Shown: in pieces, positions 16,980-27,116 of the stretch
Layout of the letters: each line of letters opens with the position of its first letter
Position numbering within the stretch: the first letter of the stretch is position 1
Source: an uncultured Gammaproteobacteria bacterium
Lineage (GTDB): Bacteria > Patescibacteriota > Patescibacteriia > UBA1558 > GWA2-36-10
Direction of reading: 5' to 3'
DNA: 64,000 nt
Assembly: GCA_964638415.1 (NCBI GenBank)
Contig: CAZWYP010000001.1
Span: 148,650-212,649 of the forward strand
Notes under the pieces: model-generated
The model's input: only the letters and a program-made list of their open reading frames with translations
What the model was told of the DNA's origin: nothing
Databases searched by the model: none
Program-made: the position numbers and the translations under genes

Positions 16980-17816
16980 TTATAATATATTTTTTGCCAA
17001 TTGCACAGTGTTATAAAGCAGCATAGCTACGGTCATGGGACCGACGCCGCCCGGCACTGGGGTAATATGGGAAGCTTTGGGAAAGATAGCTGAATAGTCA
17101 GCGTCGCCAACCAAATACTTATTGTCAATTTTATTGGTGCCGACATCAATTAGAATAACCCCTTCTTTAACCATGTCTTCTTTAATGAAGAAAGCTTGGC
17201 CTACTGCGGTAATTAAAATATCTGCAGTCAGAGTTTTTTCTTTTATATTTTTTTGAGCAGGTTTAATGATTTCAGTTTTTATTTTTTTATCTTGCAGCAG
17301 CTTAGCTAGCGGTTCGTAAAATACTTCACTTTTAGCAATAATAACTGCTTGCTTGTTAGCTAAGTTCTCGCCAGTAGCTTCCAGCAATTTAATAATGCCT
17401 AAAGGCAAGCCGGGAATAAAGCTGCTTTGATTATTGAGTAATTTTTTAATGTTAGCCGGATGAAAACCGTCAACATCCTTATTTGGATCAATGGCCGAGA
17501 TTACTTTGTCCGTATCCAAATGCTTAGGCAGGGGAAGCTGAACTAGAATAGCGTCTATTTCTGGATCGTTATTTAAAAATTCTATAGTCTCTAAAACATC
17601 TTTGTTTTGGCAATTCTCAGCAATTAAATATTCATGGAAAGCAATGCCGATTTTTTCACAGGCCTTCTTTTTTAAGCCGACATAGGTCTGGGAAGCCGGA
17701 TCAGTACCGACTAAAATAACGGCTAAATTGGGAGTTAGCTTTTGTCTATATATTTCCTGTTGTAGTTCTATTTGGATTTGTTCGGCTAAAGCTTTGCCGT
17801 CAATTATTTCCGCCAT
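16980..17816 (-). CDS. folD: Bifunctional methylenetetrahydrofolate dehydrogenase/cyclohydrolase FolD
   Basis: N-terminus MAEIIDGKALAEQIQ..., substrate motif YVGLKKKA, VGxSxxVGxP-like NAD motif; 278 aa. Confidence 0.9.
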   Translation of the reverse strand: MAEIIDGKALAEQIQIELQQEIYRQKLTPNLAVILVGTDPASQTYVGLKKKACEKIGIAFHEYLIAENCQNKDVLETIEFLNNDPEIDAILVQLPLPKHLDTDKVISAIDPNKDVDGFHPANIKKLLNNQSSFIPGLPLGIIKLLEATGENLANKQAVIIAKSEVFYEPLAKLLQDKKIKTEIIKPAQKNIKEKTLTADILITAVGQAFFIKEDMVKEGVILIDVGTNKIDNKYLVGDADYSAIFPKASHITPVPGGVGPMTVAMLLYNTVQLAKNIL

Positions 17817-17820
17817 AGTT

Positions 17821-19080
17821 TTATAATTCTGGATAAAGGGGGAATCGCTGCATTAAGTCTATAATCTTTTTCTTGCTATCTGCTGTTGCTTGCTTGTTTT
17901 TTAGGGTAGCAATAATTACTTCAGCAATAATTTCCATGTCCACTTCTTTTAGTCCGCGGGTAGTTAAAGCAGGTGTGCCTAGGCGGATGCCGGATGGATC
18001 CATTGGTTTGCGCTGGTCAAAAGGTATCATGTTTTTATTGGTATAAACATAAACTTCATCCAGTAATTTTTCCGCCTCTTTGCCGGATAATCCTAAAGGA
18101 GTGACGTCTAGCAGCAGCAGATGATTGTCAGTTCCTTGGCTAATAATCCTAATGCCTGCTGCTTTGAATTTATTTTCCAAAACTTTAGCATTAGCTAAAA
18201 CTTGTTTTTGGTAATCAACAAATTCAGGCTGTAAAGCTTCCTGGAAAGCAATAGCTTTAGCGGCGATAATATGCTCTAATGGTCCGCCTTGCATGCCGGG
18301 AAAAACCGCAGAATCTATTTTCTGGGCTAAGGTTTTTTCTCCGGGATTAATGCGATCTTCAATTTTGGAAAGGATCATCGCTCCCCGCGGTCCACGTAGA
18401 GTTTTGTGAGTGGTGGTTGTTACCACGTCAGCATAGGGAAGAGGATCCGGGTGTAATTTGGCGGCAACTAGGCCGGCAATATGCGCCATGTCTACCATTA
18501 GGTAAGCGCCGACTTCATCAGCGATTTTTTTGAAAGCGGCAAAGTCTATGGCGCGGGAATAAGCGGAAGCACCGGCTAAGATTATTTTCGGCTTATGCAT
18601 CATGGCCTGGTTGCGCACTTCATCAAGGTCAATCATCTCAGTTTTTTGGTCAACACCATAGCTGACAAAATGGTAGAATTTGCCGGAGAAATTGACTGGA
18701 TGGCCGTGAGTCAAATGCCCGCCATGAGCTAGAGAAAAACCCAAAATAGTATCTCCCAAATTACAGAGAGCAAAATATGCTTCCATATTAGCTTGAGAGC
18801 CGGCATGAGGCTGGACATTGGCGTGTTCAGCGCCGAATAATTTTTTGGCCCGTTCTATAGCTAAGCTTTCTACCTGGTCAATAAACTCATTACCGCCATA
18901 GTATCTTTTGTTAGGATAGCCTTCAGCATATTTATTGGTTAAGACTGAGCCGGCGGCGGCTAAGACTGCCGGAGAGACAAAGTTTTCCGAAGCAATCATT
19001 TCCGCGCCTTGACGCTGGCGCTCTAATTCCTGACGGATAATTGCATTAATTTGCGGATCTGTTTTTTCTAATATTTTCAT
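17821..19080 (-). CDS. glyA: Serine hydroxymethyltransferase GlyA
   Basis: [16 protein letters not shown]-binding [13 protein letters not shown] motifs; 419 aa. Confidence 0.92.
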   Translation of the reverse strand: MKILEKTDPQINAIIRQELERQRQGAEMIASENFVSPAVLAAAGSVLTNKYAEGYPNKRYYGGNEFIDQVESLAIERAKKLFGAEHANVQPHAGSQANMEAYFALCNLGDTILGFSLAHGGHLTHGHPVNFSGKFYHFVSYGVDQKTEMIDLDEVRNQAMMHKPKIILAGASAYSRAIDFAAFKKIADEVGAYLMVDMAHIAGLVAAKLHPDPLPYADVVTTTTHKTLRGPRGAMILSKIEDRINPGEKTLAQKIDSAVFPGMQGGPLEHIIAAKAIAFQEALQPEFVDYQKQVLANAKVLENKFKAAGIRIISQGTDNHLLLLDVTPLGLSGKEAEKLLDEVYVYTNKNMIPFDQRKPMDPSGIRLGTPALTTRGLKEVDMEIIAEVIIATLKNKQATADSKKKIIDLMQRFPLYPEL

Positions 19081-19084
19081 TGGT

Positions 19085-20698
19085 TTATAATTCTTTATTC
19101 ATATAAGTTCCTTCCAGAGAATAGCCTAAGTTTTTGTAATATTCCCTGACGCCGATGCCGGAAATAACTGCTACCTTATTTAATCCTTTGGCTTTGGTTA
19201 TTTTTTCCGCTTCGGCCATTAGCTTGCGGCCAAAACCCATGTGCTGGGTTTGGTTAGCGCTTACTTCTTCATCACTGCTTTCGCCTTTGACTGGTATCAT
19301 TTTACCATAGACATGCAGTTCGCGCACTAAAGAAGCGCCAACTAATTCCGGCAGGATATTATTATTAGGATCGGCATTGAATCTTAATCTTAAGAAGGCA
19401 TAAATTTTTGTCCGATCTTTGCTTTCAAAGCTTAAGAAATATTCTTCTCCTCCGGAAGCCGGATAAGTTCTGGTTACTAATTCCACTTGGCTAGGATCAA
19501 CACTTTCACCTTTAACTTCCCGACAGCGGATGCATTGGCAGGCTAAATTTCTCCTCTTCATTTCTTCCTGCAGAAATTGCCTCAAGTTAGTTATCTTATT
19601 GCCGGCAATAATTGACTCTTCCGGAATATCGCGGATTAGGCGGTTGATGCGCATGTAGGGTGGTACGATTTTTTTAATTTCCAAAAGCAGTTCCATTAAT
19701 TCTTTTGGCTGATAGGGTTTGTATTGTCCGGACAAGAACCACTGATGAAGTTCAGCGTATTCATTGACGACACAAGGATAGATTTTTAATTGATCAGGCT
19801 GCAGATCCGGAGAAGTAAAGACATATTTAAACATGCTCAGGTCTTTGGCGGGAGTAGAGCCTGGCAAGTCCGGCATATAGTGATGGTCAACTTTAAAGCC
19901 GGCCTCTTTTAATTTTCTGGTAGCCCGGATGGAATCTTCAATGTGCTCGCCGCGCTTGATGTAATCCAAGATTTGGTTATCTGTATGCTGGACTCCCAAT
20001 TGGACGCGGGTGCAGCCTAATTCCCGCAAGCGTTTGATTTCAAAATCGCTGACAAAGTCCGGTCGGGTTTCTAAGGTTAAGCCGATAATCCGGTAGCGGG
20101 TAGTCTCATTAATATCCTGTTCTTCTTTTAAGCTTAATTTTTCCCGCAGTTCTTTTTCCCCGTAAGTATTGGCGGCGTAAAATAAATCACGGATAAATTC
20201 TCGTTGGTATTTGTCAGGATAAACAGACCAGGTGCCTCCCAAAACCAGTATTTCTATCTTATCTACTGCATGGCCGTTGTTTTCCAGCGCCATGATACGC
20301 ATTCTTACCTGACGTTCAGGATCGAATAAATTGCGTTTAGCACGTTGAGCTGCTGGCTCATTGGATAAATAGCTTTTAGGCATGTCCGGTTCAGTCGGAC
20401 AGTACACGCATTTGCCCGGACAGACAAAGGGCTTGGTTAAGACAGTAATAACAGAAACGCCGGATAAAGTCCGCACTGCTCTTTTAGTTAAGAGCCGCAG
20501 AAATTTTTTATCTTCCGGCAATTTACCCTCTTTAACCAATTGACTGTAGATGGAAATAAGAGTAGCCTTAGAATCAGGAGCAAGCTGGCGGCGGCTGAAA
20601 GTTTTGCGCAAAGCCGTGACAAAATCAGCATCGGTAGGATATTCCTGCGCTGCCAGTTCGCTAACTATTTCTCTTAATTGTTTTTCCTGTTTTAACAT
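19085..20698 (-). CDS. elp3: Elp3-like tRNA uridine(34) acetyltransferase (radical SAM plus GNAT)
   Basis: CPGKCVYCP radical-SAM cysteine triad; C-terminal GNAT with [14 protein letters not shown]...[11 protein letters not shown]; 537 aa. Confidence 0.8.
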   Translation of the reverse strand: MLKQEKQLREIVSELAAQEYPTDADFVTALRKTFSRRQLAPDSKATLISIYSQLVKEGKLPEDKKFLRLLTKRAVRTLSGVSVITVLTKPFVCPGKCVYCPTEPDMPKSYLSNEPAAQRAKRNLFDPERQVRMRIMALENNGHAVDKIEILVLGGTWSVYPDKYQREFIRDLFYAANTYGEKELREKLSLKEEQDINETTRYRIIGLTLETRPDFVSDFEIKRLRELGCTRVQLGVQHTDNQILDYIKRGEHIEDSIRATRKLKEAGFKVDHHYMPDLPGSTPAKDLSMFKYVFTSPDLQPDQLKIYPCVVNEYAELHQWFLSGQYKPYQPKELMELLLEIKKIVPPYMRINRLIRDIPEESIIAGNKITNLRQFLQEEMKRRNLACQCIRCREVKGESVDPSQVELVTRTYPASGGEEYFLSFESKDRTKIYAFLRLRFNADPNNNILPELVGASLVRELHVYGKMIPVKGESSDEEVSANQTQHMGFGRKLMAEAEKITKAKGLNKVAVISGIGVREYYKNLGYSLEGTYMNKEL

Positions 20699-21347
20699 GG
20701 ATAAAATTTCTGAAAACTTGCAGCAATCTTATGATAATATTGCTGATGAATTTTCTTTAAGCCGGGCCTATCCCTGGCCAGAATTACAAGTGTTTATACC
20801 ATATTTGACTGATGATAGCAAGATTCTGGACCTAGGCTGCGGCAATGGAAGATTGATTAAAGTTTTGGAGAACAGCAATAAGAAATTCTCTTATATCGGG
20901 GTGGATTTTTCCGCCAATTTAATTATGCAGGCCAAGCAGATTTTTCCCGAGTATGAATTCCAAGTTAAAGATATGCGGGAAGCAGAGTTTCCGGACAACA
21001 GCTTTGACTTAATAGCTATTGTGGCTGCTTTCCATCATCTACCTACCGCCCGGCACCGGGAAGAAGTTATGGCTAATGTTTATCGCTGGCTAAAACCAAG
21101 CGGACTATTATTTATGACTAACTGGAATTTATTTCAAAAAAGATATTTTCCCCATATCTATAACAAGCTGTTAAGCAAGCGGGCTTGGAATGACTTCTTT
21201 ATTCCCTGGAATCATGGCAATTTCCGCTATTACCACAGCTTTACCCAAAAAGAGCTGGAGAAGCTGTTAAAAAAAACCGGCTTTGTGCTGGAGCCCAAAG
21301 GAGTATACAAAACAGAATACAATTTAAATTGTTTAGTGAGAAAATAA
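20697..21347 (+). CDS. Class I SAM-dependent methyltransferase (start ATG 20697 overlaps the elp3 start codon on the opposite strand)
   Basis: Motif I ILDLGCGNGRL, motif II/III; the ORF 20550-21347 reading frame, trimmed to the first internal ATG. Confidence 0.7.
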   Translation: MDKISENLQQSYDNIADEFSLSRAYPWPELQVFIPYLTDDSKILDLGCGNGRLIKVLENSNKKFSYIGVDFSANLIMQAKQIFPEYEFQVKDMREAEFPDNSFDLIAIVAAFHHLPTARHREEVMANVYRWLKPSGLLFMTNWNLFQKRYFPHIYNKLLSKRAWNDFFIPWNHGNFRYYHSFTQKELEKLLKKTGFVLEPKGVYKTEYNLNCLVRK

Positions 21348-21375
21348 CCCTGAATACTTCAGGGTTATTTATTTA
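21347..21375 (+). terminator. Intrinsic terminator AACCCTGAATACTTCAGGGTT with a T-tract
   Basis: Stem-loop and T-run after stop codon 21347. Confidence 0.75.
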
Positions 21376-21450
21376 TCTTTAGCTGCTGCCACGATGCCGA
21401 TAATAATGACAGCTAAGATAATTATTCCAACAAAGATTATCATTGTCATT

Positions 21451-21831
21451 TTATTTTCCCATTATGAGTATTAAAAAAACAAAAATAAAGACGGCTATAA
21501 TAGTGCCAAAAAGCATAAGGGAGATTAATTTTATTTTGTCCGGAGTCAATGGCTGCTGTTTAGAGAACTCCACTGCCATTTTCTTTTTCTTAATGGCCAT
21601 TAAGGGTATGAAAATAGCAATCCAGACAGGGAAGAGTATGGTGGCGATATTATTACTTTGGCCGCTTTTATCATTTGTTTGGAAAAATCCCGGGTTATTT
21701 TTTATCAGCCACCAGGCGAAAATGCCAATAATTAATAAGCCCAAAGCTACTACTAGCAGAGCATTCCTTTTCTTATTCTCAGCGTCTGGATTTACTGGGC
21801 TGCCTACTGGTTTTGGTAGATTAGAAAGCAT
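21451..21831 (-). CDS. Small integral membrane protein (3 TM helices)
   Basis: Hydrophobicity pattern; ORF 21443-21847 (+) is antisense to it. Confidence 0.5.
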   Translation of the reverse strand: MLSNLPKPVGSPVNPDAENKKRNALLVVALGLLIIGIFAWWLIKNNPGFFQTNDKSGQSNNIATILFPVWIAIFIPLMAIKKKKMAVEFSKQQPLTPDKIKLISLMLFGTIIAVFIFVFLILIMGK

Positions 21832-21957
21832 TTTTTATAGATTATGATTATAGTATAATTTTACCGCTAAAGTGGTTAAAAGTAAATGTTTATTAGGCTG
21901 TATTTTTTTGCTTAAATATGGTAAAATGCAAGCGAATTAACAATTAACTCTAGATAT

Positions 21958-23088
21958 ATGAAAAAGAAAATATTCTTGGCAATTATGGCTTTGGCTGTTC
22001 TTTTGCCGCTGCCGATTTTGGCCGGGGAAATGATTGCTAAAGACGCGGTTATTTTTGCCAAAGACAAGGTGGTTAATGGCAACTATTATGCTGCGGGAAA
22101 AACCATTGAGATTTATGGCGAGGTCAACGGCGATTTATTTTTAGCCGGAGAGAAAATAATTATTGATTCTGACAAAGTCAATGGTGATGTCTTTATTGCC
22201 GGACGCAACATTACCGTTAAGCAGCAGGTTAATGGTTCAGTTAGAGTAGCAGGAGAAAATTTGGAATTAAGCGGACAAGTTCGAGATAATGTATTATTTT
22301 TTGGCAGTAACTTAATTGCTTTGCCGGAAAGTAGAGTAGGCGGTCATTTAAGCGTTTGGGGAGCGCAGGCGACAATTAGCGGAGAAGTTGGTAGTCAAGT
22401 AGAAGGAGGATTGGGATTATTGGTGATCAATGGAAAAGTAGGTGGTGATGTCAATGTTCATTTATCTGGCATGGATAAGAATAAAAGCAGCTTGCAGGTG
22501 ACGGAATCGGCAGTGATTGGTGGTAGTTTGAATTATACCGCTTTAGCTGCTGGTGAAATTTCCGAACAGGCGCAGATTGCCGGCGGTGCCCATTTTTCTG
22601 AATTAACTAAGCCGGTTAAAGAGAAGTATCATACTAATGAAGTTTGGGAATTAGTTGTTAAATTCTTCATGATGTTGGTAGTCGGCATGATCTTGGTTTA
22701 TCTCTGGCCTAAGCTGATGTCTAAAACCTATACCGATACCATGGCTAAGCCGATAAAGACAATTCTATGGGGCTTGGTTTTCTTAATCCTCACTCCTTTA
22801 GCTTGCGTCCTATTAATGATTACTTTCATTGGCTTGCCGGTAGCCTTTATGGTATTAGCCTTATGGCTTATTTATCTTTATGTTGCTCAAATCATTGCCG
22901 CTTGGCTTGCCGGTAATTGGCTGAAAGAAAAAATGTTGAAGGATAAGAATTGGTCAGCAGTCAGCATTATGGCTTTGGGTATTGCTGTTTATATTATTAT
23001 CGGACAGATTCCAGTTGTTGGCTGGCTAATAATCATGTTGCTTTACTTGGCGGCTTGGGGAAATATCCGTTACTTATTCAATAAATAA
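21958..23088 (+). CDS. Membrane protein: N-terminal signal, bactofilin/polymer-forming beta-helix repeats (GEVNGD..., VNGDVFIAG...), C-terminal multi-TM domain
   Basis: Repeated (V/I)NG(D/S)-containing ~18-aa segments; four predicted TM helices at the C-terminus. Confidence 0.55.
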   Translation: MKKKIFLAIMALAVLLPLPILAGEMIAKDAVIFAKDKVVNGNYYAAGKTIEIYGEVNGDLFLAGEKIIIDSDKVNGDVFIAGRNITVKQQVNGSVRVAGENLELSGQVRDNVLFFGSNLIALPESRVGGHLSVWGAQATISGEVGSQVEGGLGLLVINGKVGGDVNVHLSGMDKNKSSLQVTESAVIGGSLNYTALAAGEISEQAQIAGGAHFSELTKPVKEKYHTNEVWELVVKFFMMLVVGMILVYLWPKLMSKTYTDTMAKPIKTILWGLVFLILTPLACVLLMITFIGLPVAFMVLALWLIYLYVAQIIAAWLAGNWLKEKMLKDKNWSAVSIMALGIAVYIIIGQIPVVGWLIIMLLYLAAWGNIRYLFNK

Positions 23089-23090
23089 GC

Positions 23091-24467
23091 ATGAAAGACA
23101 GTATCTTCAAATCATACGATATCCGTGGTGTATATAATGAGGAGTTTAATGCTGAGGATGTTAAATTAATCGCTCGCGCTTATTTGCAGGAGTTGGTGAA
23201 ATTAACTCACCGTCGTTTGCCGGAAATGAACATACTGGTTGCTCGAGATATGCGCCAGTCTTCCGGGGAAATATCAGAAACTTTTATCCGGGAAGTTATT
23301 CGTTACGGCGTGACAGTGGCAGATATTGGCTTGGCGCCGATTGAAGTGCTGTATTATATTTTAGGCAAACACGGTTATCACGGAGGCGTGATGATCACCG
23401 CTTCCCATAATCCGCCGCAATATGGAGGCTTGAAAATGCTAGCAGAGAATGTTCAGGCTATCGCTGGCTTGCAGCTTAAAGAGACGGTTAAGAACCTAGC
23501 TAAATTAGATTTGTATGAAGGCAAGGTAGAGAAGCTGGATGTCTGGGAAGAGTACATTACCAATGTTTTGGGATATATTAATCTTGGAAATATTAAACCC
23601 TTAAAAGTGGTAATTGATGCCGGTAATGGCATGGCGGGTTTGGTAATAGAAAAGCTTTTTAAACATTTGCCACAGCTGGAATTAATCCCCTTGTTTTTTG
23701 AACCGAATGGAAATTTCCCCAATCACGCCCCTAATCCTTTAGCTAAAGGTGCGGCAGATAAGCTATTAGCTAAAGTCAAAGAAGTACAAGCTGATTTAGG
23801 AGCGATTTTTGACGCTGATGCTGACCGAGTTTTTTTGGTAGATGAGACTGGTAAGTTTGTTCAGGGTGATCAAACTTTGATGTTATTGGCGGAAAAAGTT
23901 TTAAGAGATAATCCCGGTGCTGGCGTTGTATATAATGTTATCTGCTCTCAAGCGGTGCCGGAAAAAATTGAAGCGTTGGGTGGCATAGCTTTACGCAGCC
24001 AAGTGGGCTGGAAGAATATTAAAGAGAAATTAGAGGGTAATCCCCGGGCTTTATTAGGCGGGGAAGTTTCCGGGCATTTCAGTTTTAAGAAAAATTATTG
24101 TTCCGATGAGGCTTTTGGCGCCTGGCTATTGGCTTTGGAGATTATTTCCACCAAAGACAAGAAGCTGTCCGAATTGGTCGCTGCTAATGCCAAGTATTAC
24201 CGCGGCGATGAAATAAATTTAACAGTGGAAAATATTCCAGCTATTTTGTCAGCGTTTCGTGAAGTTTATAAAAATAATCTGCGGGATGAATTGGATGGCT
24301 TGACCATAGAGTTTTGGCAGGAAGACGGTTCTTTGGATTGGTGGTTTAATATTCGTCCTTCTAATACTGAACCACTATTGCGGATTACTATTGAAACAGT
24401 TAAAGTTGAAGATTTTGCCAAGCGCCAGGAAGAGATAATTAAATTAATTAATCAAGCTAATAAGTAA
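23091..24467 (+). CDS. Phosphoglucomutase/phosphomannomutase family protein
   Basis: Active-site TASHNPPQYGG, metal-binding DADADR, sugar-binding GEVSGH. Confidence 0.85.
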   Translation: MKDSIFKSYDIRGVYNEEFNAEDVKLIARAYLQELVKLTHRRLPEMNILVARDMRQSSGEISETFIREVIRYGVTVADIGLAPIEVLYYILGKHGYHGGVMITASHNPPQYGGLKMLAENVQAIAGLQLKETVKNLAKLDLYEGKVEKLDVWEEYITNVLGYINLGNIKPLKVVIDAGNGMAGLVIEKLFKHLPQLELIPLFFEPNGNFPNHAPNPLAKGAADKLLAKVKEVQADLGAIFDADADRVFLVDETGKFVQGDQTLMLLAEKVLRDNPGAGVVYNVICSQAVPEKIEALGGIALRSQVGWKNIKEKLEGNPRALLGGEVSGHFSFKKNYCSDEAFGAWLLALEIISTKDKKLSELVAANAKYYRGDEINLTVENIPAILSAFREVYKNNLRDELDGLTIEFWQEDGSLDWWFNIRPSNTEPLLRITIETVKVEDFAKRQEEIIKLINQANK

Positions 24468-24471
24468 ATAT

Positions 24472-25215
24472 ATGGGGTACTTTATTCTCATCATTATTTT
24501 GTTCATTTTATTAATTTCCATCCGCCAGGTTAATCAGTTTGAGCGCGGCGTAAAGTTCATGCTGGGTAAATATATTAGGACGGTTAATCCCGGTTGGCGT
24601 TTAGTTATTCCGATTTTTCAATCCATGACTAAGGTGGATATCCGCGTTAAGGCGGTTGATGTGCCGGATCAGAAAGCGATTACCAAGGATAATATTGCCG
24701 TGGGAGTTAATGCGGTAATTTATTACAAAGTTGCTGATGCAGCGAAGGCCGTACTAGAAGTAGAGAATTTCTACTATGCCATGTCGCAGTTGGCGCAGAC
24801 CACTATGCGTAATATTGTGGGACAGGTAGAGCTGGATGAATTATTAAGCCAGCGGGAAAAGATTTCTGAACATATTCGGAGTATTGTTGATCAAGCGTCA
24901 GATGAATGGGGTATTAAAGTAGATAATGTGGAATTAAAAGATGTAGCGCTGCCGGAGAACATGGAGCGCACTATTGCTAAACAAGCGGAAGCGGAACGCG
25001 AGCGCCGCGCCGTAATCATTAAGGCTGAGGGAGAAGTAGTTTCAGCAGATAATATGGCCAAGGCGGCACAAATTTTAGCTGGTTCACCTGGCGCTTTGCA
25101 TTTGCGTACACTACAATCCATTAACGATATTTCTTCAGATCAAAGCAACACCGTAGTCTTTGCCGTGCCTTTGGAAATTTTGCGGGCCATTGAAGGCATG
25201 GTGGGAAAAAAATAA
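24472..25215 (+). CDS. SPFH/Band-7 (stomatin/prohibitin-like) membrane protein
   Basis: N-terminal TM followed by an SPFH domain; AEAERERRAVIIKAEGE coiled-coil region. Confidence 0.8.
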   Translation: MGYFILIIILFILLISIRQVNQFERGVKFMLGKYIRTVNPGWRLVIPIFQSMTKVDIRVKAVDVPDQKAITKDNIAVGVNAVIYYKVADAAKAVLEVENFYYAMSQLAQTTMRNIVGQVELDELLSQREKISEHIRSIVDQASDEWGIKVDNVELKDVALPENMERTIAKQAEAERERRAVIIKAEGEVVSADNMAKAAQILAGSPGALHLRTLQSINDISSDQSNTVVFAVPLEILRAIEGMVGKK

Positions 25216-25221
25216 TCAGTC

Positions 25222-26022
25222 ATGATTGGTGTTTTTGATTCTGGTTTTGGGGGTTTAACTATTTTTAAAGAAATAAGGAATAAGCTTCCGGATTATGATT
25301 ATATCTATTTGGGAGATAATGCCCGAGCGCCTTACGGCCACCATACTCAGTCGGTAATTTATGAATATACCAGACAGGCTGTAGATTATTTATTTTCCCA
25401 AGGCTGTCATCTAATAATCCTGGCATGCAATACTGCTTCCAGCGAAGCCTTGCGCACCTTGCAGCAGGAGTATCTGCCAAAAAAATATCCAGGGAGAAAT
25501 GTCTTGGGAGTAGTTAGGCCTTTAGCGGAAGCAGCGGCTGCTGTTTTACCCAACAAAGTGGCAGTAATTGGTACAGTCAGCACCATAGAATCCCAAGCAT
25601 ATTTTAGGGAACTTAAGGATTTAAACCAAGAGATTAATCTCAAGCAGCAAGCTTGCCCGCTATTAGTGCCTTTAGTAGAAGAATCGCAAGAACAGACGCC
25701 GGAAGCCAAGAGTATTCTGCATAAATACTTAGAGCCGATTAAAATCTGGCAGCCTCAAGTTTTAATCTTAGGCTGTACGCATTACGGGTTTTTTACTCAA
25801 GAGATTAGCCAATATCTGGGGCCGGATGTTATAATATTAAATAGCGGAGAAATTGTAGCGGAGAAATTAAAAGAGTATCTCAAGCGTCATCCGGAGTTTG
25901 CTATTAAGTCGGTTAAGCCGCAGACAGAATTTCTTACCACTGACGATAATGTAAAATTTGATTCCGCTGCTACTAAATATTTTGGAGAGATTATTAAATC
26001 AAAAACTATTAAGTTGTTGTAA
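25222..26022 (+). CDS. murI: Glutamate racemase MurI
   Basis: IGVFDSGFGGLT, ACNTAS and GCTHY catalytic-Cys motifs. Confidence 0.9.
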   Translation: MIGVFDSGFGGLTIFKEIRNKLPDYDYIYLGDNARAPYGHHTQSVIYEYTRQAVDYLFSQGCHLIILACNTASSEALRTLQQEYLPKKYPGRNVLGVVRPLAEAAAAVLPNKVAVIGTVSTIESQAYFRELKDLNQEINLKQQACPLLVPLVEESQEQTPEAKSILHKYLEPIKIWQPQVLILGCTHYGFFTQEISQYLGPDVIILNSGEIVAEKLKEYLKRHPEFAIKSVKPQTEFLTTDDNVKFDSAATKYFGEIIKSKTIKLL

Positions 26023-26023
26023 T

Positions 26024-27082
26024 ATGGCTAAAACAAAAATATCTAAAAAAATAGAAGTTGCTTTTTTTGAAGTAGAGCCTTGGGAACAGGAGTATATTGA
26101 GAAAAAATTAGCTGGTTTTAAATTGCACTTTTTTCATAAGATTATCAGCAAAAAAGATTTAGAGCATATCAGCGAAATAGCGGTCTTGTCTCCTTTTGTT
26201 TATGACCAGGTGACAGCAGAAACAATTAAAGCTTTACCCAAATTAAAGTTTATTGCTACTCGTTCTACTGGTTTTGACCACATTGATCTTAAGGCTGCTG
26301 CTCAAGCCGGTATTAAGGTGGCTAATGTGCCTTTTTATGGAGAAAATACGGTAGCGGAACATGCCTTTGCCTTGATCTTATCTTTATCTCGCAACATTCA
26401 TAATTCTTATGTGCGTACCAGCCGGGGAGATTTCCGTTTAGACGGACTGCAGGGTTTTGATCTCAAAGGAAAAACTATTGGCATTATTGGCGGCGGACAT
26501 ATTGGCCAGCATGTAGTAAAAATGGCTCAAGGCTTTGAAATGAATGTTTTAGTCTATGATCCTTTTCCTAATAAGCAATTAGCTAAAGATCTGCATTTTA
26601 AGTATGTCAGTCTGAATGATTTACTGAAGAAGTCCGAGGTAATTACTCTCCATGCTCCTTACAACAAAAAGACTCATCATTTATTGAATCGCCAGAATTT
26701 GAAATTGGTAAAACCGGGAGCGATTTTGGTCAATACTGCCCGCGGTGGTTTAATTGACACCACAGCTTTGGTAGAAGCTTTGCGGGCAGGCAGACTAGCC
26801 GGTTTAGGATTGGATGTCTTAGAAGTAGAGAAGTATATCTTTAAGGAAGAGCGGGAATTAGTTTCACCTAAATTTTCTGGGAAAGTTAATCAGGATAAGG
26901 AAATGCTGAAAACCATAGTAGAGCAGCATGTGCTGATTAACTCAGATAAGGTAGTGCTTACTCCGCATAATGCTTTTAACAGTAGAGAGGCGCTGATGAG
27001 GATTTTAGATACAACCATAGATAATATATTGGCTTGGAAAAATAAGAAGGAGATTAAAAATTTAGTAACTTTGAAGAAATAA
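26024..27082 (+). CDS. D-isomer-specific 2-hydroxyacid dehydrogenase (D-lactate dehydrogenase-like)
   Basis: GIIGGGHIGQ NAD motif and catalytic R/E/H arrangement; start set at ATG 26024 immediately after the murI stop. Confidence 0.8.
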   Translation: MAKTKISKKIEVAFFEVEPWEQEYIEKKLAGFKLHFFHKIISKKDLEHISEIAVLSPFVYDQVTAETIKALPKLKFIATRSTGFDHIDLKAAAQAGIKVANVPFYGENTVAEHAFALILSLSRNIHNSYVRTSRGDFRLDGLQGFDLKGKTIGIIGGGHIGQHVVKMAQGFEMNVLVYDPFPNKQLAKDLHFKYVSLNDLLKKSEVITLHAPYNKKTHHLLNRQNLKLVKPGAILVNTARGGLIDTTALVEALRAGRLAGLGLDVLEVEKYIFKEERELVSPKFSGKVNQDKEMLKTIVEQHVLINSDKVVLTPHNAFNSREALMRILDTTIDNILAWKNKKEIKNLVTLKK

Positions 27083-27116
27083 AAAATTCCCCACCTTAAG
27101 TGGGGAATTTTTAGTT
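27083..27116. terminator. Bidirectional terminator AAAAATTCCCCACTTAAGTGGGGAATTTTT between convergent genes
   Basis: Palindrome with flanking A-tract and T-tract. Confidence 0.75.

Noticed and set aside
21443-21847. Plus-strand 134-aa ORF
   Set aside because: It is the mirror image of the minus-strand membrane protein 21451-21831. The minus-strand gene has a better start context and a TM pattern, and it ends at a terminator.
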